Of a stretch of 64,000 nt of DNA, positions 11,720-23,320 are shown one piece after another (the stretch's first letter is position 1; every line of letters begins with the position of its first letter). A model generated the notes under the pieces. The model searched no databases and was not told the origin of the DNA. It worked only from the letters and a program-made list of their open reading frames with translations. Origin of the DNA: Felis catus. Taxonomy: Eukaryota. A program made the translations under genes and the position numbers. The stretch covers positions 15,066,001 to 15,130,000 of the forward strand of contig NC_058379.1 in assembly GCF_018350175.1 (NCBI RefSeq), in the 5' to 3' direction.

Positions 11720-11931
11720 TTTTTTTTAATGTTTATTTTTGAGAGAGAGAGAGGCAGAGACAGAGTGCAAGCAGGGGAGGGGCAGAGAGAGAGGGAGACA
11801 CAAACCTGAAGCAGGCTCCAGGCTCTGAGCTGTCAGCACAGAGCCTGATGCATGGCTCAAATTCACTAACCGTGAGATCATGACCTGAGCCAAAGTCAGA
11901 CGCTTCACCGACTGAGCCACCCAGGCGCCCC
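11720..11931 (-). mobile_element. Can-SINE (felid SINEC)
   Basis: Poly-T/(GA)n tail to 'ctgagccacccaggcgcccc' head; TSD-like tatata(t)tcc(t) on both sides. Confidence 0.95.
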
Positions 11932-13045
11932 TGTATATATTTCCTTTAAAAAAGATCCTTTCCGTGAGATGTGTTTTCCTTTTTGGCTACCTTATTCCCA
12001 TGTTTCTTTTTTTCCCCTTCTTCTCCAAAAATATCTGCGGCCTCCATTTCACTGCCCACTCAACCCCACCCCCCAGCAAGTTTGTGTCCCCACGCCACCC
12101 CACCGGCATGCTCTGTCTCTTCCAAACTTTCAAAGGCCACCCAAGATCTAGCAGATATGACTCTCCATTCTCCTTCTCCTTGCTTCTCAATTTTCTTCAC
12201 GCCCTCAGCACGTTCCAGCTTTTCCTTTTCAAAATTCTTTCCCCGGTTTTGATGGCGCTGTTCTGCTGTCTCTATAACCTTTATTCATCTTTCCCTTTCA
12301 AAACTCACTTCTCCTGCTCTTCCAAGAGCAAGTTCTCTTCAGGATTTCATGGTCTTCACTCTTCTTGCTGGCTACAGCTGTGCTTCTCAAGCCTGATTCT
12401 ACCTTAAAGTCACCTGGGAGTTTCAAAAAATACTGGTGCCCATAGTTTTAGGGCAGGGAAACTATTCTGTGTGATACTCCAACGGCAGATACGTGTCTTT
12501 CCTTTTTTACTGAAGTATAATTGACATACGGTATGATATTAGTTTCAGGGGTACAACACAGTGATTTGATATTTATATGCATTATGAAATGATCGCCATG
12601 GTAAGTATAGTTGCCATCTGTCACCATACAGTTTTTACAATATTGCTGTGTTCCCTGTGCTGCACGTCACATCCCTGTGTCTTATTTATTTTATAACTGG
12701 AAGACTGTGCCTCTAATTTCTTGCATCTGTTGGCCCATCCCTGCAACCCTCCTCCCCTCTGGCAGCCATCAGTGTGTTTTCTGTGTCTGTGAATCTGTTT
12801 TGTTTGTTCCTTTGTTTTTCTTTTCAGACTCCACATATCAGTGAAATCATACAGTAATTTTCTTTCTCTGACTTATTTCACTTAGCAAAATATCTGCTAC
12901 ATTCAATGACAAGGTTTCATTTTATGGCTGAGTAATATTCCATTGTGTGTGCGTATGTATGTGTGTGATACACACACATCTTCTTTATTCATCTATTGAT
13001 GGACTCTTAAATTGCTTCCATATCTTGGCTAATGTAAATAATGCT

Positions 13046-13250
13046 GGGGCGCCTGGGTGGCTCAGTCGGTTGGGCGTCTGACTTCAGTTCAGGTCGCGAT
13101 CTCGCGGTCCGTGAGTTCGAGCCCCGCGTTGGGCTCTGGGCTGATGGCTCGGAGCCTGGAGCCTGCTTCCGATTCTGTGTCTCCCTCTCTCTCTGTCCCT
13201 CCCCCATTCATGCTCTGTCTCTCTCTGTCTCAAATAAACGTTAAAAAAAA
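13046..13250 (+). mobile_element. Can-SINE SINEC_Fc (young)
   Basis: 'ggggcgcctgggtggctcagtcgg...gggctgatggctcggagcc...aaataaacgttaaaaaaaa'; TSD aaataatgct. Confidence 0.97.
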
Positions 13251-13367
13251 ATAATGCTGTGTGATGAACATAGGAGTGCATATGTCCTTTCAAATTGGCA
13301 TTTTCTTTTGCTTCAGATAAATACCCAGAATGCAAATTGCAGGATCCTATGGTAGTTCTATTTTTAA

Positions 13368-13566
13368 TTTTTTTTTTCAACGTTTATTTATTTTTGGGAC
13401 AGAGAGAGACAGAGCATGAACGGGGGAGGGGCAGAGAGAGAGGGAGACACAGAATCGGAAACAGGCTCCAGGCTCTGAGCCATCAGCCCAGAGCCTGACG
13501 CGGGGCTCGAACTCACGGACCGTGAGATCGTGACCTGGCTGAAGTCAGACGCTTAACCGACTGCGC
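13368..13566 (-). mobile_element. Can-SINE SINEC_Fc (young), head lost in N-gap
   Basis: 'ttttcaacgtttatttatttttgggacagagag...gacgcttaaccgactgcgc' followed by Ns. Confidence 0.95.
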
Positions 13567-13711
13567 NNNNNNNNNNNNNNNNNNNNNNNNNNNNNNNNNN
13601 NNNNNNNNNNNNNNNNNNNNNNNNNNNNNNNNNNNNNNNNNNNNNNNNNNNNNNNNNNNNNNNNNNNNNNNNNNNNNNNNNNNNNNNNNNNNNNNNNNNC
13701 TTACCTTTTGA

Positions 13712-13921
13712 TTTTATTTTTTTTAATGTTTATTTTTGAGAGAGAGAGAGAGATACAGAGCACAAGTGGGGGAGAGGCAGAGAGACAGAGGGAGACACAG
13801 AATCTGAAGCAGGCTCCAGGCTCTGAGCTGTCAGCACAGAGCCCGACATGGGGCTCGAACTCACAGACCGTGACCTGAGCTGAAGTCGGATGCTTAACCG
13901 ACTGAACCACCCAGGCGCCCC
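13712..13921 (-). mobile_element. Can-SINE
   Basis: Complete antisense copy; TSD tta(c/t)cttttgatttta. Confidence 0.95.
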
Positions 13922-14388
13922 ATCTTATCTTTTGATTTTAGCCATCCTCACAGGTGTGAGGTGATCTCTCATTGTGGTTTTGATTTGCATTTCCCTGATG
14001 GTAAGTGATGATGAGCATTTTTTCATGTGTCTGTTGGCCATCTGGATATTNNNNNNNNNNNNNNNNNNNNNNNNNNNNNNNNNNNNNNNNNNNNNNNNNN
14101 NNNNNNNNNNNNNNNNNNNNNNNNNNNNNNNNNNNNNNNNNNNNNNNNNNNNNNNNNNNNNNNNNNNNNNNNNNNNNNNNNNNNNNNNNNNNNTCATCTC
14201 CCATTCTGTAGTNNNNNNNNNNNNNNNNNNNNNNNNNNNNNNNNNNNNNNNNNNNNNNNNNNNNNNNNNNNNNNNNNNNNNNNNNNNNNNNNNNNNNNNN
14301 NNNNNNNNNNNNNNNNNNNNNNNNNNNNNNNNNNNNNNNNNNNNNNNNNNNNNNNNNNNNNNNNNNNNNNNNNNNNNNNNNNNNNNNN

Positions 14389-14460
14389 ACATGATGCTTG
14401 AACTTACAACCCTGAGATTAAGAGTCGTATGCCCTACCCACTGAGCCAGCCAGGCGCCTC
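14389..14460 (-). mobile_element. Older Can-SINE fragment abutting an N-gap
   Basis: 'cttgaacttacaaccctgagattaagagtc...ctgagccagccaggcgcc'. Confidence 0.8.
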
Positions 14461-15135
14461 GATGTGGTCCCATTTTAAAACTTTTACTTCTGTAGTTCCT
14501 GCCTGCAGAAATAGGTCTAAAAAAGTATTGCTAAGATTGACGTCAAAGAGCTTACTGCCTATGTTTTCTTCTAGGAGTCTTATGGTTTCAGGCCTCACAT
14601 TTAGGTCTTTAATCCATTTTGAGTTTATTTCTGTGTATGGTGTAAGATAGGGGTGCATTCTTTTGCATGTAGCTGACCAGTTTTCCCAACACCATTTGTT
14701 GAAGAGACTGTCTTTTCCCCACTATATATTCTTGCCTTCCTACTCATAGATTAATTGGCCACATAAGCCTGGGTTTACTTCTGGGCTCTCTCTTCCTTTG
14801 ATCTGTGTGTCCGCTAATGTGCCAGTATCATACTGGTTTTTTGTTTGTGTTCTTGTGTTAGACTCTACTGTTTTGATTACCATGGTTTTGTAGTATAGTT
14901 TAAAATCTGGGCGTATGATACCTTCAGTTTTGTTCTACCTCAGGACTGCTTTGGCTGTATGGGGCCTTTTGTGGTTCCATACAGATTTTAGGATTTAGTT
15001 CNNNNNNNNNNNNNNNNNNNNNNNNNNNNNNNNNNNNNNNNNNNNNNNNNNNNNNNNNNNNNNNNNNNNNNNNNNNNNNNNNNNNNNNNNNNNNNNNNNN
15101 NNNNNNNNNNNNNNNNNNNNNNNNNNNNNNNNNNN

Positions 15136-15310
15136 ACGATGTCATTGTGGATTCATCAACTGTCACAAATGGGCTGTTCTGGTGGGGGATGTTGATGGTA
15201 GTGGTGGCTGTGTGTGTGGCCAGAGGGCATGTGGAAATGCTCTGTACTTTTTGCTCAGTTTTGCTTGTGAACCTGAAACTGTTCTTAAAAATAAAGTCTG
15301 TTAGTTAAAA
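15136..15310 (+). mobile_element. Old L1 (L1MB/MC) extreme 3' end
   Basis: 'ggtgggggatgttgatggt...tctgtactttttgctcagttttgcttgtgaacctgaaactgttcttaaaaataaagtct'. Confidence 0.75.
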
Positions 15311-15769
15311 ATTGCTGATGCCAGGCCCCATGATGAAAAAATTTGGCTTACTTGTCACATTTGATGCTGAGACGCAGTGAGATTGTGCAATGCCAGGCAG
15401 GACTCTCTCCCCGAGGGGTTTTCTATCCAGCTCCACTGGTCACTTTAAGGAAATCCCCAGATTTAACTTTCCAGCTCTGCTCTTTTGCCTGATTCTCAGG
15501 TGGACCCCCTCCAGCTGTATGGATGTGTGATGTCACACTCAGCATCTTTTTCGGATCCCTGTCTGTTGTTCCACGTTTTGATCGGCACACCCATCCTTGG
15601 CGTGGCCACTCAGGTTCTAGAAACCTCAGAGTCCCAGCATCAGGGATTCCATGAGTTCAAATCTCCAACCTGTCCTCCAAGCCGAGCCCCCTCACCCTAT
15701 CTTCCTGCCTCTGCACGAACCTTGCTAACCATGGAAGCTCTATCCTTGGCTAGGATCATCTCCTTTTCA

Positions 15770-16100
15770 AAAACACCTTTATTTTTTATTACACAATTGA
15801 TACATGTGGATCGTAGGGGAAAAAAATATTGGAAAGCATAAAGGAGAAAATAAAAACCTCCCATAATACTATCACCCACCAACTACTATTAATGTTTAAG
15901 TATATAAAAGTAAAGAAAAAGGGTTACATTGTGAAGGTTGCCATTTTTCACCTAACATGACATCACAAATATTCCCCTATCACAAATACCCTTTCAAACC
16001 CTTTAAAATAATTTTTATATTATTTTGTCTGCAAAAGTAGTACATGTTCATTGTCCAAAAGTCAAACAGTTGGGAAGTGTGTGGAATGGAAAAATAGAAG
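15770..16100 (-). mobile_element. Very old L1 (L1ME-like) 3' fragment
   Basis: AT-rich 'gtacatgttcattg...aaacagt...gaaaaatagaag' type text; highly degraded. Confidence 0.45.
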
Positions 16101-16629
16101 TGTTTCCACGTCTGGACTATCCAAAGAGCAGTCTAAAGGGGTTGGGGGGTGAGAGAGTCTTTTCATTCTTCCTGTTGTTGTTGAGACAGATAATTTGATA
16201 TTCGAAGAAAGGATTTGTTGGCATTCTTTATGCCTGTTTTCTGGAATCTTAAAAATGGAATTATGTAATTTTCCCAGAGCTCAGGGCATTTAGACGTTTT
16301 AAGCTGGCACTTTAGGGCCACTGCTCCCAGTCCCCACCTCCCTGCGGCTGGCTGCACTTAATAATTCCAACACGCTCCTAATGGCCAAGGCAACCTTTCT
16401 TTTTCGGGCTGTCCTCATGGTTGCAAAGCTCTTCTCTGTGTCATGTTGGAAACTGCTTCCTTGTCCCTTTAGCTCTTGGCCCCAGGCTTTCTTTATGGAG
16501 CTAGTAAAAACAAACCGAAAGAAGAAAAACGGCAAAACAAAAACCCAAACAGTCAACACCCACTCTCTTTTTGACTTGCCTTCTGGCCTGTCTCCACTGA
16601 GGATTGATCCCTGGCTGCCTTTGGAGGCA

Positions 16630-17040
16630 GGATAAGGTTAAGAACACTGCGGCAGTGGGCTGCCCAGGTGGCTCAGTTGATTAAGCCTCCGACTTCGGCT
16701 CAGGTCATGATCTCATGGTCTGTGGGTTTGAGCCCCGCATCGGGCTCTGTGCTAACAGCTCAGAGCCTGGAACCTGCTTCAGATTCTGTGTCTCCCACTC
16801 TCTCTGCCCCTCCCCTACTCTCTCCTTCTCTCAAAGATAAATAAACTTTAAAAAAAACAAAAAAGAACACTACTGCAGAGTCAGACATCTTGGGCTCCTG
16901 CAGCAGGCTTCTTAATTCTCTATGAGGCTCAGTGTGCTCACCTGTGAAACGGGGCTACTACTACAACCTACTTATTGGGTTGCTGTGGGGATTAAATGAG
17001 TTATATGTGTGAAGCCCTTAGACCGGGCCTGGCATGTACC
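16630..17040 (+). mobile_element. MIR interrupted by a Can-SINE
   Basis: 'ggttaagaacact' [SINE] 'gcagagtcagac...gctcagtgtgctcacctgtgaaacgggg...gattaaatgagtta'. Confidence 0.7.
16657..16862 (+). mobile_element. Can-SINE
   Basis: Complete copy; TSD aagaacactgcggcag / aagaacactactgcag. Confidence 0.95.
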
Positions 17041-17861
17041 ATCATCAGGTATCCACAGGGTCTGGATTCTCCACAGAGAAGGGGAAAGTGGTGAGCTTAT
17101 CAGGCTCTGAAACTTTCACCTGGAAAACTCACCTGGCTGCAGGGACCGGTCTTTTTCGCATCTTCGATTTGGAATTCATTTCTGTGATTAGCGTCGTGTG
17201 TCTCCCTCTGGCTGCAGGGACGGGAACTTGAAATTTTGAGATTGGTGGGAAGAACACGGGGGTGGGGGGTGGGGGGATACACACAGGGGAGCAGGAGAGG
17301 GGAGGTGCATCGCCACGGGGTGGAAAACCGCAAGAAGTAAGTGATCCTGACCTGACAGCTGCTGGCCCCAGTGCTTAGGAGCTGGGTGCACTTGGACAAG
17401 CTCTTTAAGCCTCCATTTTCTCATCTGCAGAATGGGTTCATTAATGTGTGATGGGGAATAATAATATGCCTAACCTCGCTGATTCAGTTTATTGGGCGCC
17501 ACCCACCTCCACTCCTCATAACAACCCCCTGAGGCAAGAATTTAACATCCTTGTTCGACAGATGAAGACAGCGAGGCTGAGTTGCTTTCTCAAGTCCGCA
17601 CATGTGGAATGTGGCGGGGCTGGGACTGGAATCCAGGCAGGTTCCAGAGCCTGGGCTCTTCGTGATCTCGTGTTGCTGCTAAATCGGGTAGTGACAAGCC
17701 CACTGCTTACTGAGCCTGGTGTTTGGTGCCTTCTTTCCTTTCATCCTTGTTAACAGGCTTGGTTACATAACCAGCCCCCCAAAGTCACATAGTAGGCACG
17801 CAAGGACTCTTCCCGTGGGTGAGAGATGGCTTTGTTGTAGAGCAGGGTCCCTATCCCTGCC

Positions 17862-18120
17862 TGCATATTGGGTTCATGCAGGGAACTTGTACAAAATGAT
17901 GATGCCTGACTCCACACCAGAGCTTCTAGTGTCTTCACTCTGAGCTGCGGACCCAGCATGGGGAATTTTTAAATACCCTGCGTGGTTCCAATGTGTGGGT
18001 GGCATTGAGAACCATGGTGTGAGGGGTTCTGTCTTCCTCCAGGCATGGTTCTGAACCTCGGCTGCATGTTGGAACCGTCAAAGAGCTTCTAGATTCTGAT
18101 CTCATTGGCTTGAGCATCAC
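17862..18120. mobile_element. MER5A-type hAT-Charlie MITE fragments
   Basis: 'cagggaacttgtacaaaatgatgatgcctgactccacaccagag...gcattgagaacca' and 'gttctgaacctcggctgcatgttggaacc...agattctgatctcattgg'. Confidence 0.6.
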
Positions 18121-18187
18121 TCATTGAGCTAATTAATGCCTATCAGACCTTGTTAGGTGCTGTCCACTGCATTAATTAATTGAAGCC

Positions 18188-18475
18188 TTGAGTGACCAGC
18201 TCACCCTAGTTTGCTGGGGATTTTCCATCCCAAGAACTCCCACTCATCAGATGTGAGCAAACCAGGGGGCTTTTTTTTTTAATTTATTAATTTTGAGATT
18301 GAGGGGTGGGGAGAGTGAGCACAGGGGAGGGGCAGAGAGAGAGGGAGAGAGCCCAATCACAGAGCCCAACGTGGAGCTTGAATTCATGAACCTTGAGATC
18401 ACGACCTGAGCCGAAAGCAAGAGTCAGGCACTTAACCGAATGAGCCAGCCAGGTGCCCCATGCTCGGTCACCCTA
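18188..18475. mobile_element. MER81-like hAT MITE split by a Can-SINE
   Basis: Terminal inverted repeats 'tgagtgacc...' and '...ggtcacccta'; internal 'gtttgctggg' / 'gcaaaccagg'. Confidence 0.55.
18271..18459 (-). mobile_element. Can-SINE (older, diverged)
   Basis: 'ggggaggggcagagagagaggg...tgagatcacgacctgagccg...gagccagccaggtgcccc'. Confidence 0.9.
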
Positions 18476-19759
18476 TTTAATCCTTCTCTAAAGTCGTATT
18501 TCTTACTGACCTCATTCACTTATTTCACAACAAATCTCCAAGGAAAGTTCTGCTGTTAAACCCATGTTGCAGATGAAGAAACTGAGGCACAGAGAGTATT
18601 GGTCACCCAGCAGATGATGGTTACAAAATACTAGCACGACCAGTATTTCCTTTCCTCTCAGGATACGCTGGAAGGTTTGGTTTCCACTTTGCAGACAGGG
18701 AAGTGAGTTTCATGGAGGGTAATGACACCCCACAGTTGGTGGCCACTATGTTAGGTGGGAAGTCTGATCCTCTGATCCCTAGTGCCTTGCACGGCTTCTG
18801 TTATGCTGTGTGTGAGGATGAAGCATACGCCCTTGAGGAGGCTTGAGGTTCATCGGCTCTGACACTCCTTTGCATCTGTCAGCAGATCTTGGGCCTCCCA
18901 GCCTCCCCTCCTGCATGAGCAGCGAGTAGACTCCTTTCCCCTGGGGCCGTGGGGTCTGTGAGTAGAAAAGGCCAAGATGATTACTGGCAGTTGGGTGCTG
19001 TTCATTTTGAACATCTGCCCTCAGGTCCCCAAGGCCAGATCCGTCAAAGGACACACACCTGTGCCAGGCATTGCCAGACACAGAAAACAGCCTCTTTCCT
19101 CTGGGGAGAGATCTGGGCAGGGCTGATCAGGCTGCTGACATGTCATCTGAGGTGCGGAGTAATGGGGGACACGCAGGCAGAGAGGCAAGCTTGTACAAAG
19201 GATTGTTTTAGCGTAAGCCGGTGTTCTTGGGGTAAGTTCAGAGAGAAGTGTGACTTGTTTCTCAAGTCAGCCAGATATTCCCCCCCCCTGAAAAGGGACC
19301 AGTTGAGTGGTTCGGGAGGGGGATGGGGCGCTTCCTGCCCTACAGCAGTTCAGCAGCCAATTTTGCAGGAACATTTGCGGTTTGAAGCATCAATACGGGC
19401 ATTCTGGTAGTACACGAGCTGATTCTAAGAGGTACAAGGACACATGTAAAAGTGTTCATTGTTTAATTATATTAATATAATTAGAAAAATGTAACAGGCC
19501 GTTAAAATAGAAGTTCAAGAGGGCAGAGACTTTTGTCTGTTTTGTTCATGGCTGTAGACTCAGCTACTGGGACAGCTCCTAGCACATAGTTGGTTCCCAA
19601 TGAATGAATGAATGACTCTCCCAGCATCTGTATGGTTTTATCAGAACATGGAATTTGAACTTAGGCTTATGGGATGGATAGGATTTAGTTAGGAAGAAAT
19701 AGGTGAGACTGGGGGCAGGGGATGATCTCGTGAGGCTAAGATACAGGATGAACAAGGCC

Positions 19760-19950
19760 CGTGGCAATATAAGCTAACATCTATCGAAGCTTCCTGTACA
19801 CCAGGCACTCTGTGGAGTGCCTTCACTTATGAACTAATTAAATCCTCTAACAATCCTCAGATTATCTCCACCTTGCAGATGGGGAAACCGAGGCCCCAAG
19901 CAGTAAGGCATCTTGCACAAGGACAGGCTGTAGCCGTGGCTTGGCCGTGT
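19760..19950 (-). mobile_element. MIR SINE
   Basis: 'acatctatcgaagcttcctgtacaccaggcac...ttgcagatggggaaaccgaggccc'. Confidence 0.7.
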
Positions 19951-20847
19951 TCAAGAGTCCTGCAAGGCTGCAGGGTCTCAGGCCCCTCTGGGGTCCGTGG
20001 CAGGTGGAGCATGCGTCCCAGCCTGCAGGAGCCCGCTGCTGCTTTAGCTCCGGTGTCCGGGGCCTGGTGTCCTTTCTGCTCTCGGCCCCCGCAGGAGCCC
20101 GCTCTTCGCACACCAGGCCCGCTCTCTTTTTAACCCAGCTGCTGTTTTCACAGATTTCCATTTTTAGCTCCCTGGACTGGAACGCAGTGTTCAATGCACT
20201 GTAAACCTCAGTGTCAGTTTGATTATGAGAGAGGCGTGTGTGGGCTCTGACTCTCTCGTTTCCATGTGTAATAATAACCCTCCGGATCTCTCGCCCCTTT
20301 TCTTCCGAGTCCCTCAAAGCGTTTCTAGGTAGTGTCCCATTTAAGTCTTCAGTTCCCCAGGGAGTCAGCTGGAGGATATTATGTGAAAGGACTTTGGCAG
20401 TATTCGGAAAGGGTTCCAGTCATCTCTGTCTTAAATTCTAGGAGAGTAGGGAAAATGCAAAAGGGGGCTGGTGTTTGATGAATGCCTACTGTATGCATCT
20501 TATCTTATCAACCCTGGGAGGTGCATATGTGAATTGCACTTTCTTACCGATGAGAGAAATGGCTCAGAGAGGCCAAGTGACTTGCTCAAGGTCACACAGT
20601 TAGTAATTGGCAGATTATGGATTTGACCCCAGATTTACCTCCGAGGCCTTTGGTTTTTCCCTTGCGTCATTAAGTGGGATGTTGTAGAAATGAAGGCACA
20701 GTCAGATCTTAATTCTCTTGGCTTCCACACCAAGTCAGCTCCAGTCCCTTTCCTTAGAGCTTCAAGTGAGGAATAAGCTATTAGGTTGGAAGGATTATTT
20801 CTCATCAGTTAGGACTATCTCTCGCCTTCTTAAAAGTATGGAAAGTA

Positions 20848-21021
20848 GGGGGCACCTGGGTGGCCCAGTTGGCTAAGCATCCAACTCTTGGTTTGGGCTC
20901 AGGTCATGATCTCATGGTTTGTGGGTTTGAGCCCATATCAGGCTCTGCACTGACAGTGTGGAGTCTGCTTGGGATTCTCTCTCTCCCCCTCACTCTGCCC
21001 CTCCACCACTTGCATTCCTTG

Positions 21022-21072
<51 letters not shown>

Positions 21073-21095
21073 AGATAAATAAGCATTTAAAAATA
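20848..21095 (+). mobile_element. Can-SINE with expanded (CT)n (about 21027-21070)
   Basis: Head 'ggggcacctgggtggcccag'; TSD taaaagtatggaaag / taaaaatattgaaag. Confidence 0.95.
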
Positions 21096-21190
21096 TTGAA
21101 AGGAATTTGTTTCTTCTTCCATCCTCCTCATTCATTCAGTCCTTCACTCATTCATTCATGCATGCAGCAAGCATTTATTATTCCCTTTTC

Positions 21191-21410
21191 TTTTTTGTAT
21201 TTTTAAAATTTATTCATTTATTTTGAGAGAGAGAGAGAGAGATTGAGAGAGAATGCATGAGTGGGAGAGGGACAGAGAGAGAGAATTCCAAGCAGGCTCT
21301 GCACCATCAGCACAAAACCTGATGCAGGGCTTGAACCTACGAACCATGAGATCATGACCTGAGCTAAGGTCAGGAGTTGGACACAACCCACTGAGTTGCC
21401 CAAGCACCCC
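21191..21410 (-). mobile_element. Can-SINE inserted in an L2 tail
   Basis: Antisense copy ending 'ctgagttgcccaagcacccc'. Confidence 0.92.
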
Positions 21411-21864
21411 TGTTCTCTTTTCTCTGAGCATGAATAGGAGAAGTTACAGTCCCACTGAGTTTCTTTCCCCCGGGGTCTTGATTTCTGCTAAAGCTCCTAT
21501 GTGATTTGGAACAAGTGACTTCATCTCCCCGAACCCCAGTGTCTTCATCTGAAGAATGGGGATATAATGGTTCTTATTTCATAGGGGTTGTGTAAGGAGC
21601 CAATAGCATTTGAGAGTCAAGGAGTGGATGAACCTCCAGGGTGGACATGTGGGCCCTGAGGGGAGTGTTTGGGGAGATGTTTTTGGGACAAAAGGATATG
21701 TCTAGTTCAATGTTGTGGGCATGGTTTCATGACCATGGTGACCTCCGGTGCTAGGCAGCCCAAATTACTACATCCATGTGCCACACATTGGCTGTTTGGG
21801 GGAGGTTGGAAAGCTGAGTTTATTTAAGCCAAAAAACATTGATTAAGCACTTGTTAGGCTCTGA

Positions 21865-22065
21865 GGACTTGGATTCGAGTCCCAGCTCTGCCACATGACA
21901 GTTGTGTGACTTTGGGACAGTTGATGCACTTCTCTGGACTCCAGTTCCTGCTTCTGTGAATGGGAAATGGTAATGTCTACAGCATTCTTGTGAGGATTAG
22001 AAATGACTGGTAGAAAGCACTTAGCATAGCACCTGGCACTTGTTGGTGCCCAGTAAATAGATGTT
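21865..22065 (+). mobile_element. MIR SINE
   Basis: 'ggattcgagtcccagctctgccac...tgtgtgactttgggacag...ctgtgaatgggaaatggtaat...gcacttagcatagcacctggcac'. Confidence 0.8.
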
Positions 22066-22545
22066 GTTACTAATGCTGTAGGTGCCGATTGAGATTCTGC
22101 AGAATCAAAAAACTTAAAAATCCATGGCTTAGGTCTTCAGGTACAGCTGGATCCAGGTGCTCTTATGATGTCATGCCCTGGTCCCATTCCATGTACTTAT
22201 CAGCTCTGCTTTCATTTGTGTTGGCTTGGCTCCCAGGAAGTTCCTCTCCTAGTGGCAAGATGGTCCCCAGCAGCTCAAGATTGATATACTACCCACAAAC
22301 CCAATGGAACAAGATCTTTTTCCCTATAGCTACAGCAAAGTTCATGGCCTTGAGTTCCATTGGATCAATGTGGGTTATGTCCCATCTTGAACCAAACATT
22401 GAGGTTATGGTGGACAAAGTAAGTTGACTGTCCAGGTCAGGGGCATGTCCCTCCCTCATGCTGGGGGATGGGGTCATCAGCTTTAAACAAACTACGGGAA
22501 CTAAAACTGAGAGAGGGCATTTCTTCTAAGGGAATGGATGCTAGA
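22065..22545 (-). mobile_element. MaLR LTR (MLT1J/K-like)
   Basis: 'caggtacagctggatccaggtgctc', 'ggcaagatggtccccagcagctc', 'cccatcttgaacca'. Confidence 0.65.
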
Positions 22546-22547
22546 TG

Positions 22548-23320
22548 TGTAAGGCTGAGTTCTCCCAGGAGCAGACTAGAGATGAGGATTTGTGTGCAAG
22601 TAATTGATTAGTAAATGCATATGGGAGAAAGTGGTAAGGGAGTAGAGGGAGTAGGCTAAGGAAAGGGGAGGGAGTCTAGTAAGGGTGTGATTTCAGATGA
22701 AGTCCCAGCCTTATTCAGATCCTACCAGGAGCTCTGGAGTGTAATTTACACCTCAGGGTATGTCCTACCTCAAGGCATGGGAACTGGCCATTAGTACTCA
22801 TGAACCAGTCACTGGTTCACAGGGACTCCCGGGTCTCCAGATGGGGGACACAGCTCCAGTAGTTCAAGGACAGTACTCCGAAGAAGATCACGGTTATAGG
22901 CTTTGGCAGCCATGCACACAGATGCTCGGGATGTAAGAGGGATGCAGGGGGTCTGGCACCCACTATAGTGGAGAAAATCCACACCTGTCTGCAATGGAAG
23001 GGGATGAAGGAGGAGTGAAGGAGGGGAGCCAAGGGACAGAATGGGCACCAGTGAGAAGATGGGGCAGATGAGAAGCTCTGTCATCCTGGTGTGGGTCGAG
23101 GAGGAGAAACCAAGAAGCAGCCCCTCCTGGCTCCCCTGTCTTTCTGCTACACTGTCACTGACAATTGCCACCCATACAGTGTCCCGTATAGTCCTCAGCA
23201 ACATGCTGAGAACCCACTGTGCACAAATAAGCGGGGATGTGATTCAGCAAAGGACACAGGCAGCAGAGAAGCCAGAGGGGTTGTCTCAGTTCCCTGCTAG
23301 ATGGATGAAGTTGGCATGAG
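22548..23320 (-). mobile_element. ERVL solo LTR (LTR16A/B-like)
   Basis: 'gagcagactagagatgaggatttgtgtgcaagtaattgatt...ggagctctggagtgtaatttacacctcag'. Confidence 0.65.

Larger units (their letters stand above)
12505..15001 (-). mobile_element. Carnivore L1, 3'UTR plus ORF2 C-terminal remnant, interrupted by four SINEs and by N-gaps
   Basis: 3' end 'tgaagtataattgacat...agtttcaggggtacaacacagtgatt'; ORF2 peptides PYLTPYTEINSKWIKDLNVRPETIRLLEENIG (14434-14658) and [35 protein letters not shown] (about 13935-14050). Confidence 0.9.

Noticed and set aside
11625-11720. Quasi-palindromic (CT/GA/AT)-rich stretch
   Set aside because: Low-complexity sequence next to a SINE tail; the self-complementarity follows from its composition.
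13925-15166. Long ORFs (108-182 aa) containing X runs, here and at 33814-34202
   Set aside because: Artefacts of translating through N-gaps; the real residues are L1 ORF2 fragments.
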